This document shows, in pieces, positions 51,920-62,211 of a stretch of 64,000 bases of DNA (positions within the stretch are counted from its first letter, which is position 1; every line of letters starts with the position of its first letter). The notes beneath the pieces were generated by a model. It worked only from the letters and a program-made list of their open reading frames with translations. It ran no database searches and was not told the origin of the DNA. The stretch is from Terracidiphilus sp. (GTDB taxonomy: Bacteria > Acidobacteriota > Terriglobia > Terriglobales > Acidobacteriaceae): the NCBI GenBank assembly GCA_049518535.1, contig JBEKRS010000019.1, forward strand, positions 12,033 to 76,032. Direction: 5' to 3'. Position numbers and translations under genes: made by a program.

Positions 51920-53665
51920 CTACTGCTTGTTCACGTCGACATAGTACAGATCCGTCGCTACCTCGAACTCATCCTTCGTCAGCGGCGTCTGCATCCACTG
52001 CCACTTGGTCGTCGGATGAATAATTTTCCAGTGTCCCGGCGTGCCCACCCGCACTGGCATCGCAAAGTTATTCTCGTCGGCTCGCCACTTATACATCACC
52101 ATGCCCGGAGTCTCGCCGAATAGTAGCTCCAGCCGCGGAATCTGTGCGTGTCGCAGATATTGGTCGAAGATCGGCGTTAGGTTCATGCCGGTGTGCTGAT
52201 TAAAGTACGTTACCACGTCCTCGGTCATAATGTTTCGATACTTGAAATGCTGATAGAATCCGTGCAGCAGCGCCCACCACTTCCCATCGTCGTTGACCAC
52301 GCTGCGAAGGGTGTTCAGCATGAGAGATCCCTTGAAGTACTGGTCCTGGTCAGGTTCCGCATTCACGCCGCGTTCGGCGATAATCGGTCGCAGATTTTTC
52401 GCCTTCGCTTTATCGCCGTTCAGATACTTGATCGCATCGTCCTTGCCCCAGCGATACTCCACATAAAGGCCTTCCAGATAAGTCGTCCAGCCCTCATGAA
52501 TCCACATGTCGGACGGATCCGCAGCTGTAATGCTGTTCCCGAACCACTCATGCCCGCTCTCGTGAATAATGATGAAATCGAAGCGCAAGCTGATTCCCGT
52601 GCCGGTCCAGTCGCGGCCCATATACCCGTTCGTGAACCCGTTGCCATAGGCCACTGCGCTCTGATGTTCCATACCTAAGTAGGGCACCTCGACCAATTTA
52701 TATCCATCCTTCGCAAAAGGATAAGGCCCAAAGTAATGCTGATAAGCCTCGAGCATCCCCTTGGCCTGCGCAAACTGGTTCTTCGCTTTCTCCAAATCCT
52801 CGGGTAACACATAAAAATCAAGCGGTAACTCACCGAGTTGGTCAGAAAAGTGAACATAACTCCCGATATTCAGCGCGACATCGTAGTTGTTGATCGGGTA
52901 ATGCACATGCCAGTCCCAGCGCGTATAGCCGTCGCCCAGGTCGGTCTTGCCCATGAATTTGCCATTCGACACATCCACAAGCCCATTGGGTATGGCCACG
53001 CTGATGTCCATGCTCTCGACCTCATCGCGCCACTGATCCTTGTTTGGCCACCACACGCTGGCGCCATCGCCCTCGCATGCCGTATTAATCCAGACTCGAC
53101 CGACAGGGTCTTTCTTGAAAGTCATGCCTCCAAAGCGCCCGATCTCCTCCGGATGCCCAGAGTAATAAAAGTCGATTGAATAGACCTGGCCAGCGCGCAG
53201 CATCTTGGGAAAATCCACGAAGACTGCGCCCGAGTCGCGTTCGTATTTGAGCGGCGTCTCGCCCATGAGAATCTTGTCTATCGCCAGCGTCTCACGCAAA
53301 TCGAGTTGGATGCGCGTGCCATCGGCAAGCATCCGAAAGCGGATCGTGTTCCTGCCGCTGATAAATTGCTTCTCCGGATCGACGTGAATATCCAGGTGGT
53401 AATAGAGCAGATCATTGTTGGCGCGATAAGGCCCGTAAGCGCCACGCAGCATCTCTGCCCGCGTAGGCGCCGGAACCTCCGCATCACGTGGCTTTGCAGG
53501 AGTCTTGGGCGCAGCAGCAGAGGCGGCTGGTGCGACAGCGGCAGTACCCGCAGGCGTGGCTGTCTGGCTAGGCGATTGCTGTGCAGCCTGGGCAGAAATT
53601 AAGGCCGCGCCCACGGCAAGAACCGCCATCATCCATGCAAAAAATCGAAGGCCAAAGAATCGCAT
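51920..53665 (-). CDS. M1-family zinc aminopeptidase, secreted
   Basis: GMEHQ, HESGHEW-x-E (HExxH-x18-E), YFKG; signal peptide. Confidence 0.92.
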   Translation of the reverse strand: MRFFGLRFFAWMMAVLAVGAALISAQAAQQSPSQTATPAGTAAVAPAASAAAPKTPAKPRDAEVPAPTRAEMLRGAYGPYRANNDLLYYHLDIHVDPEKQFISGRNTIRFRMLADGTRIQLDLRETLAIDKILMGETPLKYERDSGAVFVDFPKMLRAGQVYSIDFYYSGHPEEIGRFGGMTFKKDPVGRVWINTACEGDGASVWWPNKDQWRDEVESMDISVAIPNGLVDVSNGKFMGKTDLGDGYTRWDWHVHYPINNYDVALNIGSYVHFSDQLGELPLDFYVLPEDLEKAKNQFAQAKGMLEAYQHYFGPYPFAKDGYKLVEVPYLGMEHQSAVAYGNGFTNGYMGRDWTGTGISLRFDFIIIHESGHEWFGNSITAADPSDMWIHEGWTTYLEGLYVEYRWGKDDAIKYLNGDKAKAKNLRPIIAERGVNAEPDQDQYFKGSLMLNTLRSVVNDDGKWWALLHGFYQHFKYRNIMTEDVVTYFNQHTGMNLTPIFDQYLRHAQIPRLELLFGETPGMVMYKWRADENNFAMPVRVGTPGHWKIIHPTTKWQWMQTPLTKDEFEVATDLYYVDVNKQ

Positions 53666-53698
53666 GGAGTTATCCTAACTGGTTTTCTCTCCCCTGCC

Positions 53699-54721
53699 CT
53701 AAATAAGCTCCACGCCCCACAGATCATGCAAATGCAGCAACCCTTCGACAGTCCCCGCATCGTCCACGACCACCAGTGAAGTTATCTTCCGCTCTTCGAG
53801 AATTGCCAGCGCCGTGGCTGCGAGTTCGTCCGCAGCAATCGTGCGAGGGTGAGCATTCATGGCCTCACCAGCTGTGCGGCTCAGCGCTGCGCCGCCCTCG
53901 CGCTCCAACAATCTCCGCAAGTCGCCATCGCTGATAACGCCACGCAGTTGACCCTGCTCCTGCACGGTTGTAACGCCCAACTTTTTTGAAGACATCTCGT
54001 AAATCACATCGGTCATAGGCGTCGCAGCCGCAACCACCGGCACCTCGTCTCCAGCATGCATCAGGTCACGAACCTTGGCCAGCCTCTTGCCCAGTTTGCC
54101 GCCAGGATGCAACTCCGCGAAATCCTCAACCCGAAAGCCCTTGCGCAGGCTCACCGCAATGGCCAGCGCGTCGCCCAGCGCCAGCATCGCCGTAGTCGAA
54201 GCCGTCGGCGCAAGGTTTAACCCGCAAGCCTCCCGCTCCACGCAGCAGTCCAAAGCCACGTCGCTCGCTTCGGCCAAAGTCGAACTCAGATTACAAGTGA
54301 AGCTGATCAGCGCGTCGCCCTTGCGTTTAAGAGTGGCCATCAGGCGAAGAATCTCTTCGGTCTCGCCGCTGGCCGAAAGCGCTATCACCACGTCGCCCGT
54401 CATCAACACGCCAAGGTCGCCATGCAGCGCCTCGGCCGGGTGCAGAAACAAGGCCGGTGAGCCGGTAGAACTGAGCGTCGCTGCTATCTTTTGCGCAATA
54501 ATTCCGCTCTTGCCCATGCCGGTAACAACCACGCGGCCTCGCTCTTCGCCGCAACGCAAAATCAGCTCGACAGCCCGATCAAACGCCGCAGCCATCGGCC
54601 CTTCCAGACGCGTGGCCAAGGCTTCAAGGGCCGCAACCTCGGTGCGGACCAACGCCGCTGGCCCCGGCGCACGACTATCTTCGTGATCTTTTGCGCGGGG
54701 TAGATTTCCTTGCTCGCTCAT
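53699..54721 (-). CDS. kdsD: KpsF/GutQ arabinose-5-phosphate isomerase
   Basis: GMGKSG, HPAEALHGDLG, APTASTT, HPGGKLG, CBS pair. Confidence 0.92.
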   Translation of the reverse strand: MSEQGNLPRAKDHEDSRAPGPAALVRTEVAALEALATRLEGPMAAAFDRAVELILRCGEERGRVVVTGMGKSGIIAQKIAATLSSTGSPALFLHPAEALHGDLGVLMTGDVVIALSASGETEEILRLMATLKRKGDALISFTCNLSSTLAEASDVALDCCVEREACGLNLAPTASTTAMLALGDALAIAVSLRKGFRVEDFAELHPGGKLGKRLAKVRDLMHAGDEVPVVAAATPMTDVIYEMSSKKLGVTTVQEQGQLRGVISDGDLRRLLEREGGAALSRTAGEAMNAHPRTIAADELAATALAILEERKITSLVVVDDAGTVEGLLHLHDLWGVELI

Positions 54722-54874
54722 CGGTTATTGATGGTAACAGTTTCGCCCCCCATGCTGTGGTCAAAGGAGTTCGTCCCACATAAGACCAAGGTCGCGCGAG
54801 CGATGGCTAGCCCACGGCGGGTGGTTGGCCACACCGCGGGCGGCTCGTACAATTAAATCGAGAGGTTAGTTCCC

Positions 54875-55507
54875 GTGAAGCGCAACTCACTGGTGATCAC
54901 CGCCGTACTGTCTATCCTGGCCGCCTTCGGTTGGGCGGGCTGGGCCAACTGGGAGTACCGCAAGCAAGCCGCTGAGCAGATGAGTACCCAAACCACGCAG
55001 GGCAAACTGGTTCTCGATGCGTCCGGAGCACCGCAGTTTGTCTCCCCCCTCCAAGGCAAACCCGCCCCCGCCTTCACGCTCGAAGACCTCAGCGGAAATA
55101 AGGTTTCGCTGGCCAGCTACAAGGGCAAGGCGTTACTCATCAACTTCTGGGCTACCTGGTGCGCTCCATGCAAGATCGAAACTCCTTGGCTGATCGACCT
55201 GCGCAACCAGTACGCGGCGCAGGGCTTTGAGATTCTCGGCATCTCCGCTGACGACATCAATCGTGGCGACGCACAGAAGCTGAGCGAAGAAAAGCAAGAG
55301 ATTGCTCACTTCGTCCAACAAATGCACATGCCCTATCCCGTGCTGATCGACGGTGATTCGGTGAGCCAGCCATATGGCGGCTTAGACGCGCTGCCAACCT
55401 CCTACTTTGTCGACCGCAACGGAACCGTCATAGCCGCGCAACTGGGACTAACTTCAAAGAACGAGATTGAAGCTAACATCAAAAAGGCTCTGGGGGTAAA
55501 AAATTGA
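54875..55507 (+). CDS. TlpA-family thiol-disulfide oxidoreductase
   Basis: N-terminal TM, NFWATWCAPC. Confidence 0.9.
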   Translation: MKRNSLVITAVLSILAAFGWAGWANWEYRKQAAEQMSTQTTQGKLVLDASGAPQFVSPLQGKPAPAFTLEDLSGNKVSLASYKGKALLINFWATWCAPCKIETPWLIDLRNQYAAQGFEILGISADDINRGDAQKLSEEKQEIAHFVQQMHMPYPVLIDGDSVSQPYGGLDALPTSYFVDRNGTVIAAQLGLTSKNEIEANIKKALGVKN

Positions 55508-56028
55508 GTAAGTCAGTTAGTCGACGAGTTAGCGCGTCAGCGATACGAGTTACTGTTGTCTTGGTCCTGGGTTTGGCTGGCTTACTGGCTCAGGCCCAGA
55601 TGCATGACGCTCCAAGCCAATCCGTCGTAAAGCCTGCGGCCGTCGAATACCTTTATCCCGAGCAGGTCACTATCCCTGCAGGCAAAGCAACGACAGTTGC
55701 GCTGCACTTCCGCATCGCGCCGGGTCTGCATATCAACTCCCACACCCCCGCCGAAGACGAACTTATCCCAACAACGTTATCGATTCCTGATGGCGCAGGC
55801 GTGCGGTTGGAGCGAGCCAGTTACCCGGCAGGCACAGAGTTCGCGCTACCTCTCGACCCCAGTATGAAGCTCAATGTGTATACCGGCGAGTTCACCATTC
55901 AGGCACGCATTGTGGCCTCACCCGGCGATCACCTGGTCGAGGCCAAGCTACGCTACCAAGCCTGCGACAACAGCGCTTGCATGCCGCCCAAGACGGTTAC
56001 TGCGGCGATCGATGTGCTCGGGAAGTGA
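55504..56028 (+). CDS. Stand-alone DsbD N-terminal-domain protein
   Basis: Signal peptide, GLHINSH, YQACDNSACMPP. Confidence 0.8.
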   Translation: MSKSVSRRVSASAIRVTVVLVLGLAGLLAQAQMHDAPSQSVVKPAAVEYLYPEQVTIPAGKATTVALHFRIAPGLHINSHTPAEDELIPTTLSIPDGAGVRLERASYPAGTEFALPLDPSMKLNVYTGEFTIQARIVASPGDHLVEAKLRYQACDNSACMPPKTVTAAIDVLGK

Positions 56029-56074
56029 AAGCAGTTGTATTCCTACCTGTTATGTTGTTGCGTGGAGGATTTCC

Positions 56075-57646
56075 GTGATCCAAATTGGAATGAAAGTTGC
56101 GTTTGCGTTGACAATCGCAGGACTGGCGGTGGCGCTGGCAAGTCCGCTTCATGCCGATTCGCTGACGGTCAAGACAATGCAAGGCAAGGCACACGGCAAG
56201 ACCATCAACAGCGGCAAGGTGAATGCATTTCTCGGCCTGCCGTATGCGACTCCTCCTGTAGGTAACCTGCGCTGGAAGGCGCCTCAGCCGCCGGCGAAGT
56301 GGAAGGGCATCCGCGACGCGACGAATTTCGGCGCGCGTTGCGCCCAGGGACACGTCTACGACGATATGGTCTTTGAGGACAGCGGGGAGAGCGAGGACTG
56401 CCTCTTCTTGAACGTCTATGTGCCCGCTGAGATCAAAGCCAAAAATAAACTGCCAGTTATGTTCTGGATTCACGGCGGAGGCTACACGGCCGGCACCAGT
56501 TCGGAACCGCGGCACGACGGCGGCTTTCTACCTCTCAAAGGCGTGGTGCTCGTTACCATCAATTACCGGCTGGGCGTCTTCGGTTTTTTGGCCACGACTG
56601 ACCTGGCCAAGGAAGCCAACGGCGCGGCGGGTAACTACGGTCTGCTCGACATGGTGGCCGCGCTTGAGTGGGTCAAAGCTAACATCGGGAATTTTGGCGG
56701 CGATCCAGACAATGTAACCATCTTCGGCGAGAGCGCCGGCTCTTTCGCGGTGAGCACGCTGATGGCTTCGCCAGTGGCCAAGGGATTGTTTCAAAAAGCT
56801 ATCGGCGAGAGCGGCTCGGGCTTTGCCCTCAGATCAGATGCCAGATCGCTGGAGGAAGTCGAGAAGAAAGACGATGAGTGGGTAGCTTCGCTGGGCGTAA
56901 AATCGCTCGAAGAGTTGCGCGCTTTGCCCACGGAAAAGCTTCTCGATGCTGCCAAGGGCAAAAAACTGCCGAATGGCTATCCGCCCTATGTTGACGGCAA
57001 GTTTCTCACCGAGACCGTGGAAGCAGTCTATGCCGCAGGAAAGCAGGCGCACGTGCCACTGCTGGCCGGATGGAACCTCGACGAGGGCGCGTTTGTGGCC
57101 ACGCACAACGTAACCGTGGAGAGTTGGAAGAGTTATGTATCCGATCACTTCAAGGATCGAGCAGAAGAGTTTCTCAAGCTCTATCCGGGCGACAGCGATG
57201 CACAAGCACTGCGCTCGGCCATCGACTATGGCGGTGACGACTTCATCGCCTTCGGCACCTGGAAATGGATTGAGGCGCAAAGGAAAACGGGAGAGTCGCC
57301 GGTCTACCGCTATCGCTTCGAGTTAGCTGCTCCGCCTAACAAAGACTATCCCGGCGGCTTGTTTGCCTTCCACTCAGACGATATTGTGTACGTCTTCGGC
57401 ACTCTGAATTCGCGACCCGGAGCAGAATGGCGGCCCGAGGATCGCGAGTTGAGCGACCACATGATGAGTTACTGGACTAACTTCGCCAAGACCGGCGATC
57501 CCAATGGACCGGGGTTGTCCAAGTGGCCCACGTATGACAAGGATGACTCGCTCATTCACCTCGATAGCATCATCACCGCAGGTCCGGACACCCAGCGCCC
57601 GCGCTACGAGTTTCTGCTGAATGGAATGCCGGAGTTTCATTTCTGA
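56075..57646 (+). CDS. Carboxylesterase type B, secreted
   Basis: FLGLPYA, SEDCLFLNV, WIHGGG, FGESAG; SD GGAGG before GTG 56075. Confidence 0.92.
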   Translation: MIQIGMKVAFALTIAGLAVALASPLHADSLTVKTMQGKAHGKTINSGKVNAFLGLPYATPPVGNLRWKAPQPPAKWKGIRDATNFGARCAQGHVYDDMVFEDSGESEDCLFLNVYVPAEIKAKNKLPVMFWIHGGGYTAGTSSEPRHDGGFLPLKGVVLVTINYRLGVFGFLATTDLAKEANGAAGNYGLLDMVAALEWVKANIGNFGGDPDNVTIFGESAGSFAVSTLMASPVAKGLFQKAIGESGSGFALRSDARSLEEVEKKDDEWVASLGVKSLEELRALPTEKLLDAAKGKKLPNGYPPYVDGKFLTETVEAVYAAGKQAHVPLLAGWNLDEGAFVATHNVTVESWKSYVSDHFKDRAEEFLKLYPGDSDAQALRSAIDYGGDDFIAFGTWKWIEAQRKTGESPVYRYRFELAAPPNKDYPGGLFAFHSDDIVYVFGTLNSRPGAEWRPEDRELSDHMMSYWTNFAKTGDPNGPGLSKWPTYDKDDSLIHLDSIITAGPDTQRPRYEFLLNGMPEFHF

Positions 57647-57669
57647 GCTGCAATCGAGCAAGAATGTGA

Positions 57670-57701
57670 CAAGGATGGCCGCCCGTTGGCGGCCATCCTT
57701 G
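57670..57701. terminator. Perfect 14-bp hairpin between convergent genes
   Basis: CAAGGATGGCCGCC-CGTT-GGCGGCCATCCTTG; no clear U-tract. Confidence 0.6.
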
Positions 57702-57739
57702 CGTGGAATGAAATGAACTCGTAGAGATGTAAAGCAGGC

Positions 57740-58204
57740 TTACTTGACGCCCGCAGCTGCCGCAAAACCGTTCGACTGTTCTGGAGGAATCGTGCTTGCC
57801 GGCGGAGGCGGAGCGAATGAAGAGGCTTTGGCATTGATCGCATTGGAGTAATCAGGGCCGAGTCCAAGCTTCTTCAGAGCGCGTGAGTCGGGCGCCAACG
57901 TTGTCTGCCATCCTTGGTCGGCTTGGTACTTGATCATGGCAGCCTTGGTGGCCGCGTCCCAGTTACCGTTCGCCTCGCCATTAAGATAGTGTTCTCGGAT
58001 GAGGGCCTGCTGGATCTCGGTAACCCGGCTCGGCTCGATGGCCTGCTGGCCATGCAGACGGCTTGATTTGGATACGCCTTTTCTATGGGTGGCATGCTTG
58101 GCGTGGCTACGGGACGAAGCACGATGAACGGTGCTTCCGAAAGCCGCTGATGCGACCATAGCCACACTCAATACGAATGCCATGCTTGCTCGAAAATGAA
58201 GCAT
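57740..58204 (-). CDS. Peptidoglycan-binding-domain protein
   Basis: Signal peptide, basic His-rich linker, EIQQAL...YQADQGW...ALKKLGL. Confidence 0.8.
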   Translation of the reverse strand: MLHFRASMAFVLSVAMVASAAFGSTVHRASSRSHAKHATHRKGVSKSSRLHGQQAIEPSRVTEIQQALIREHYLNGEANGNWDAATKAAMIKYQADQGWQTTLAPDSRALKKLGLGPDYSNAINAKASSFAPPPPASTIPPEQSNGFAAAAGVK

Positions 58205-58366
58205 GCTGGTTCCCCTCTGGAAAGGCAGTCTCGACCGGATCTAGTGTCGAGAGTTTAGCGAATTGTCCCGCATTCCCGCAATAAAAAAGCGAGTAATCGG
58301 GGAATCTAAACAGTTACGGGAAAGGGCGCCCGAAGCGGGAATCCGCCGCTGACGCCCTTCCGAACA

Positions 58367-60019
58367 CTATTGAAGCGTTCCACCCACCAGGTTAATGCCA
58401 TCGTTAGGACGGCGAGGATCCATAATTTCGAAGACCACGTCGTCGCCCGTCTTGAGTTTGCTTACAACAGCATCGAATTGGTCCTTCGTGCCCGTAGGCT
58501 GCTTGTTGACGCGGACAATGACCACTCCGGGCTGAAGTCCCTGCAGGTCGGCGAACGAGCCCGAGCGCACCGATTGGATCAGCACTCCGGGTGTGTGCAG
58601 CTTGGCGGTGGTCGCCGCTGAAGCCTCTCGGACCACAATACCCAGCTTGGTCTCGCCTGGGTCGCCTCTTTCGTCCGGGCTTGCCTCCGCCTGCTGTTCG
58701 CCCGACTCCGCAAAAACCTTGTCGCGATCGCCGATGGTGACCGTGGCGTCGGCCTGCTTGCCGTCCCTCAAGTAGCCCAGGCGGACGCTGCTTCCCGGCC
58801 TGCGGCTGGCGATCTCATTTACTAGGTCGTCGCCGTCCTTGATGTTACGTCCATCGATGCTGAGAATGATATCGCCGGACTTGAGGCCCGCTTTTTCCGC
58901 CGGTCCGCCCGGCTGGATCTGCTGCACCAGCACGCCGTTCTTGAAGCCGTAAACGCGATTCACCGCGCCCGAGAGACCCTGGTTGAAGCGAATGCCGATC
59001 GAGCCGCGAGTTACCTTGTGGCTAGCGCCGATCAGATCGTTGTATATATCAACCACAGTATTGGATGGCATCGCGAAGCCTATGCCCTGGTAGCCTGCCG
59101 ACTGGGTATAGATGGCCGTGTTCACCCCGATAACTTCGCCATTCATGTTCAGCAGCGGTCCGCCGGAGTTGCCCGGATTGATCGCGGCGTCAGTCTGGAT
59201 GAAGTGCTGAAACTGACCGCCTGCGCCCGGCTCGATGGTTCGATTCTTAGCCGAAATAATTCCCGCCGTGACCGTCTGCGAAAGCGCAAAGGGGCTACCA
59301 ATAGCTTCCACCCAATCGCCCACCTCTGTCGTGTCGGAGTTACCCAGCTTGACGGTCGGCAGCGGTGTGCTTGTGTCGATCTTGATCACTGCCAGATCGG
59401 TAGCCTTGTCCGAGCCGATCACCCGCGCCGGACGGCCCAGGTCCTGGTTGTCAGGGTCGGTCGAAAGCTTGACGTAAATCTTATCGGCCTTCTCGATCAC
59501 GTGATTATTAGTGATGATGTAGCCCTTGGGATCGACGATGAATCCCGAACCCAGCGACTCACGCACTTGGCCGTCGTCCCCGCCGCCTTCCTGGTCCGGA
59601 ATCTGCCCGCCGAAGAAGCGGTTGAAAAAGTCCTGGAAGTTGTTCTGCCCTTGCCCTTGTCCCTGCGGCTGATCCTCATCCTGATCGTCATCGCCGCCAC
59701 CGGGCTGCTGCGGCATAGGCATAACGCGGCCGTGAAAATTGCGGCGTCCCTTGTTCAAAGACTGCTTGGGCAGTGTCTGGGTGTTGATGTTTACCACCGC
59801 CGGCGCAACCCTTTGCGCAATCTTCACAAATTCGTTGGGAGGCACTGCGGAATTGACTACCTTAAGTGGCGTGGCGTCGGTGCTCGAGTTCTGATTCTCC
59901 TGTCCGCGGACCCCGTGCGCGGCAAAGGAACCTATCACAATGGCGGCCGAGAGCGTGCCAAGCACGACAAAAACTGAAGCGAGACGGCGCGTGCGCAACC
60001 GTTCGAAGATCGATTTCAT
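58367..60019 (-). CDS. Do/DegP-family serine protease with two PDZ domains
   Basis: TNNHV, DLAVIK, GNSGGPL triad; two PDZ domains. Confidence 0.95.
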   Translation of the reverse strand: MKSIFERLRTRRLASVFVVLGTLSAAIVIGSFAAHGVRGQENQNSSTDATPLKVVNSAVPPNEFVKIAQRVAPAVVNINTQTLPKQSLNKGRRNFHGRVMPMPQQPGGGDDDQDEDQPQGQGQGQNNFQDFFNRFFGGQIPDQEGGGDDGQVRESLGSGFIVDPKGYIITNNHVIEKADKIYVKLSTDPDNQDLGRPARVIGSDKATDLAVIKIDTSTPLPTVKLGNSDTTEVGDWVEAIGSPFALSQTVTAGIISAKNRTIEPGAGGQFQHFIQTDAAINPGNSGGPLLNMNGEVIGVNTAIYTQSAGYQGIGFAMPSNTVVDIYNDLIGASHKVTRGSIGIRFNQGLSGAVNRVYGFKNGVLVQQIQPGGPAEKAGLKSGDIILSIDGRNIKDGDDLVNEIASRRPGSSVRLGYLRDGKQADATVTIGDRDKVFAESGEQQAEASPDERGDPGETKLGIVVREASAATTAKLHTPGVLIQSVRSGSFADLQGLQPGVVIVRVNKQPTGTKDQFDAVVSKLKTGDDVVFEIMDPRRPNDGINLVGGTLQ

Positions 60020-60420
60020 GGGTTCGTTGACCTCATTGGGTAGCCAGCCTAATGGCCGGGCTGTTCAGTTAGATGCTCAGATTGTCCAATGCAACAACCT
60101 TCAAACAGTATAGCCAGTAGCGGGCATTCCCGTCTGGCCGGCGGTCTCCGCGCGCCTGGCACCCTCAAACATTGCTTGCGGCCGGGTTGGCCCCGGTCCG
60201 CAAATGCTTTCGGGTATGGCGAGATAAGAACCTTCCCATCGTATAGACGTGACGTGGCCAAAAGAGTCGCGCAAAAGCTGCCAACCGCGCACTTATGAGA
60301 AACTGGAAGAGCATCAATCCTCTGGGCTGCCCGTGTGCGCCCCAAAATCTGATTCAACCCAGCGTCACCCGGCCCGCGCGGCTGTTGCCTTGCCACGCTC
60401 CATACAGGAACTCAAACAGA

Positions 60421-62019
60421 ATGATCAGTGTAAGCAATGTAACCATGCGCTACGGCTCGAAGGTGCTCTTCGAAGATGTGAGCGTGAGCTTTGTACCCGG
60501 CCGTCGCTACGGTCTCACCGGCCCCAACGGCTCCGGCAAGTCTACCTTTATGAAGATCCTCACCGGCGAGCTGGATGCGCAGAAAGGCACGGTCGTCCGC
60601 CCGCGCAAGATGGGCGTTCTGCGTCAGGACCAATTTGCCTTCGATGCCTATCGCGTCATCGACACCGTCATCATGGGCAACAAGCCGCTCTGGGCGGCTC
60701 TCGAAGAGCGCGACCGCATCTATGAGAAGCCGGAGTTATCTGACGCCGACGGCATGCGTCTCGGTGAGCTCGAAGGCGTCATCGGCGACGAGGACGGCTA
60801 TACCGCTGAATCCGACGCCGCCATCCTTCTCGACGGTCTTGATATTCCAGAAGATATCCACGAGCGAAAGATGGGCGAAATTCAGGGCGGACAAAAGATC
60901 CGCGTCCTTCTCGCGCAAGCTCTCTTCGGCAAGCCCCAGGCCCTGATGCTCGACGAGCCCACTAACTATCTCGATCTCGAATCCATCCACTGGCTGCAGG
61001 ACTTCCTCAATAACTACGACGGCACGCTGATCGCCATCTCCCACGACCGGCACTTCCTCAACTCGGTCACCACCCACACCGCCGACATCGACTACCAAAC
61101 CATCATCACTTATACCGGCGGCTATGACGAAATGGTGATGGCCAAAACGCAAATTCGTTCCACGCTTGAATCGCAAAACGCCCAGCGCGAAAAGAAAATT
61201 GCGCAGCTCAATGACTTCATCGCCCGCTTCGCCGCCGGAACCCGTTCCTCGCAAGTCACCAGCCGCCGCAAAGAGGTCGAGCGCCTGCAAACCAACGATC
61301 TCGCCCGCTCCAACATTGCCCGCCCATACATTCGGTTCGATCAGATCCGCCCCAGCGGCAAGCATGTCCTTGAGTTCAAACACATCACCAAAATCTACGG
61401 CGAGCAAACGGTTATCGACGGCTTCAGCGCCAACCTCATCCGCGGCGAAAGAATCTGTCTCATGGGCCGCAACGGCGCAGGCAAAACCACTCTGCTCAAG
61501 AGCCTTCTGAATAACTATCCCGGCCTCGCCGACAAAGATTTTACCCTCGACTCAGGCACCGTCTTCTGGGGCCACGAAGCGCAAATCGGCTACTTCCCGC
61601 AAGACGTTGGCGCGACCATTGAACACGGTCTCAGCGTAGCCGAGTGGCTCCATCGCTGGAACCCCGCTGCCCACGTCGAAGAGATTCGCGGCATCTTAGG
61701 TCAGATGTTATTCAGCGGTGAAGAAGGCGAGAAGCAAACCAAAGCTCTAAGTGGCGGCGAGCAAGCAAGGCTAGCTTTTTGTAAGTTAATCCTGACCAAG
61801 CCCAACATACTGATCTTCGACGAGCCCACTAACCATTTGGACTTAGAAGCTATCAACGCTTTGAACATAGCTCTCCAACGCTACGAAGGCACGGTCTTGT
61901 TAGTAACTCACGACCACGACTTAATAGACGAAGTAGCCACAAGGTTATGGGTCTTCAAAGAAGAAGGCATAGAAGACTTCCAAGGCCCCTACGCCGAGTG
62001 GAAAGGTAAACACAACTAA
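60421..62019 (+). CDS. ABC-F family ATPase (YbiT-like)
   Basis: Two Walker A motifs (GPNGSGKST, GRNGAGKTT), LDEPTN twice, no TM segments. Confidence 0.92.
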   Translation: MISVSNVTMRYGSKVLFEDVSVSFVPGRRYGLTGPNGSGKSTFMKILTGELDAQKGTVVRPRKMGVLRQDQFAFDAYRVIDTVIMGNKPLWAALEERDRIYEKPELSDADGMRLGELEGVIGDEDGYTAESDAAILLDGLDIPEDIHERKMGEIQGGQKIRVLLAQALFGKPQALMLDEPTNYLDLESIHWLQDFLNNYDGTLIAISHDRHFLNSVTTHTADIDYQTIITYTGGYDEMVMAKTQIRSTLESQNAQREKKIAQLNDFIARFAAGTRSSQVTSRRKEVERLQTNDLARSNIARPYIRFDQIRPSGKHVLEFKHITKIYGEQTVIDGFSANLIRGERICLMGRNGAGKTTLLKSLLNNYPGLADKDFTLDSGTVFWGHEAQIGYFPQDVGATIEHGLSVAEWLHRWNPAAHVEEIRGILGQMLFSGEEGEKQTKALSGGEQARLAFCKLILTKPNILIFDEPTNHLDLEAINALNIALQRYEGTVLLVTHDHDLIDEVATRLWVFKEEGIEDFQGPYAEWKGKHN

Positions 62020-62211
62020 GCGCAGACCGCGATAGGGTCAGATTCCTGCCAACTCCCGATCAAGGATATCTCAAAATCGGAGAGGCGCGGAAGGAATTCA
62101 GAGAACAGCCACGCTTGGCTCCCTCGATTGTGATAATATTCGATGCCAAGAAGGGCGTCAGAGGGATCCTGGCTTTGTGCTGCGAGGAAACCTCTATGGA
62201 AGTGTGAGAAA

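Noticed and set aside
62034-62070. tRNA-like att remnant (GGGTCAGATTCCTGCCA) before the TIR gene
   Set aside because: Only loose similarity to a T-loop; no acceptor stem, second copy or integrase.
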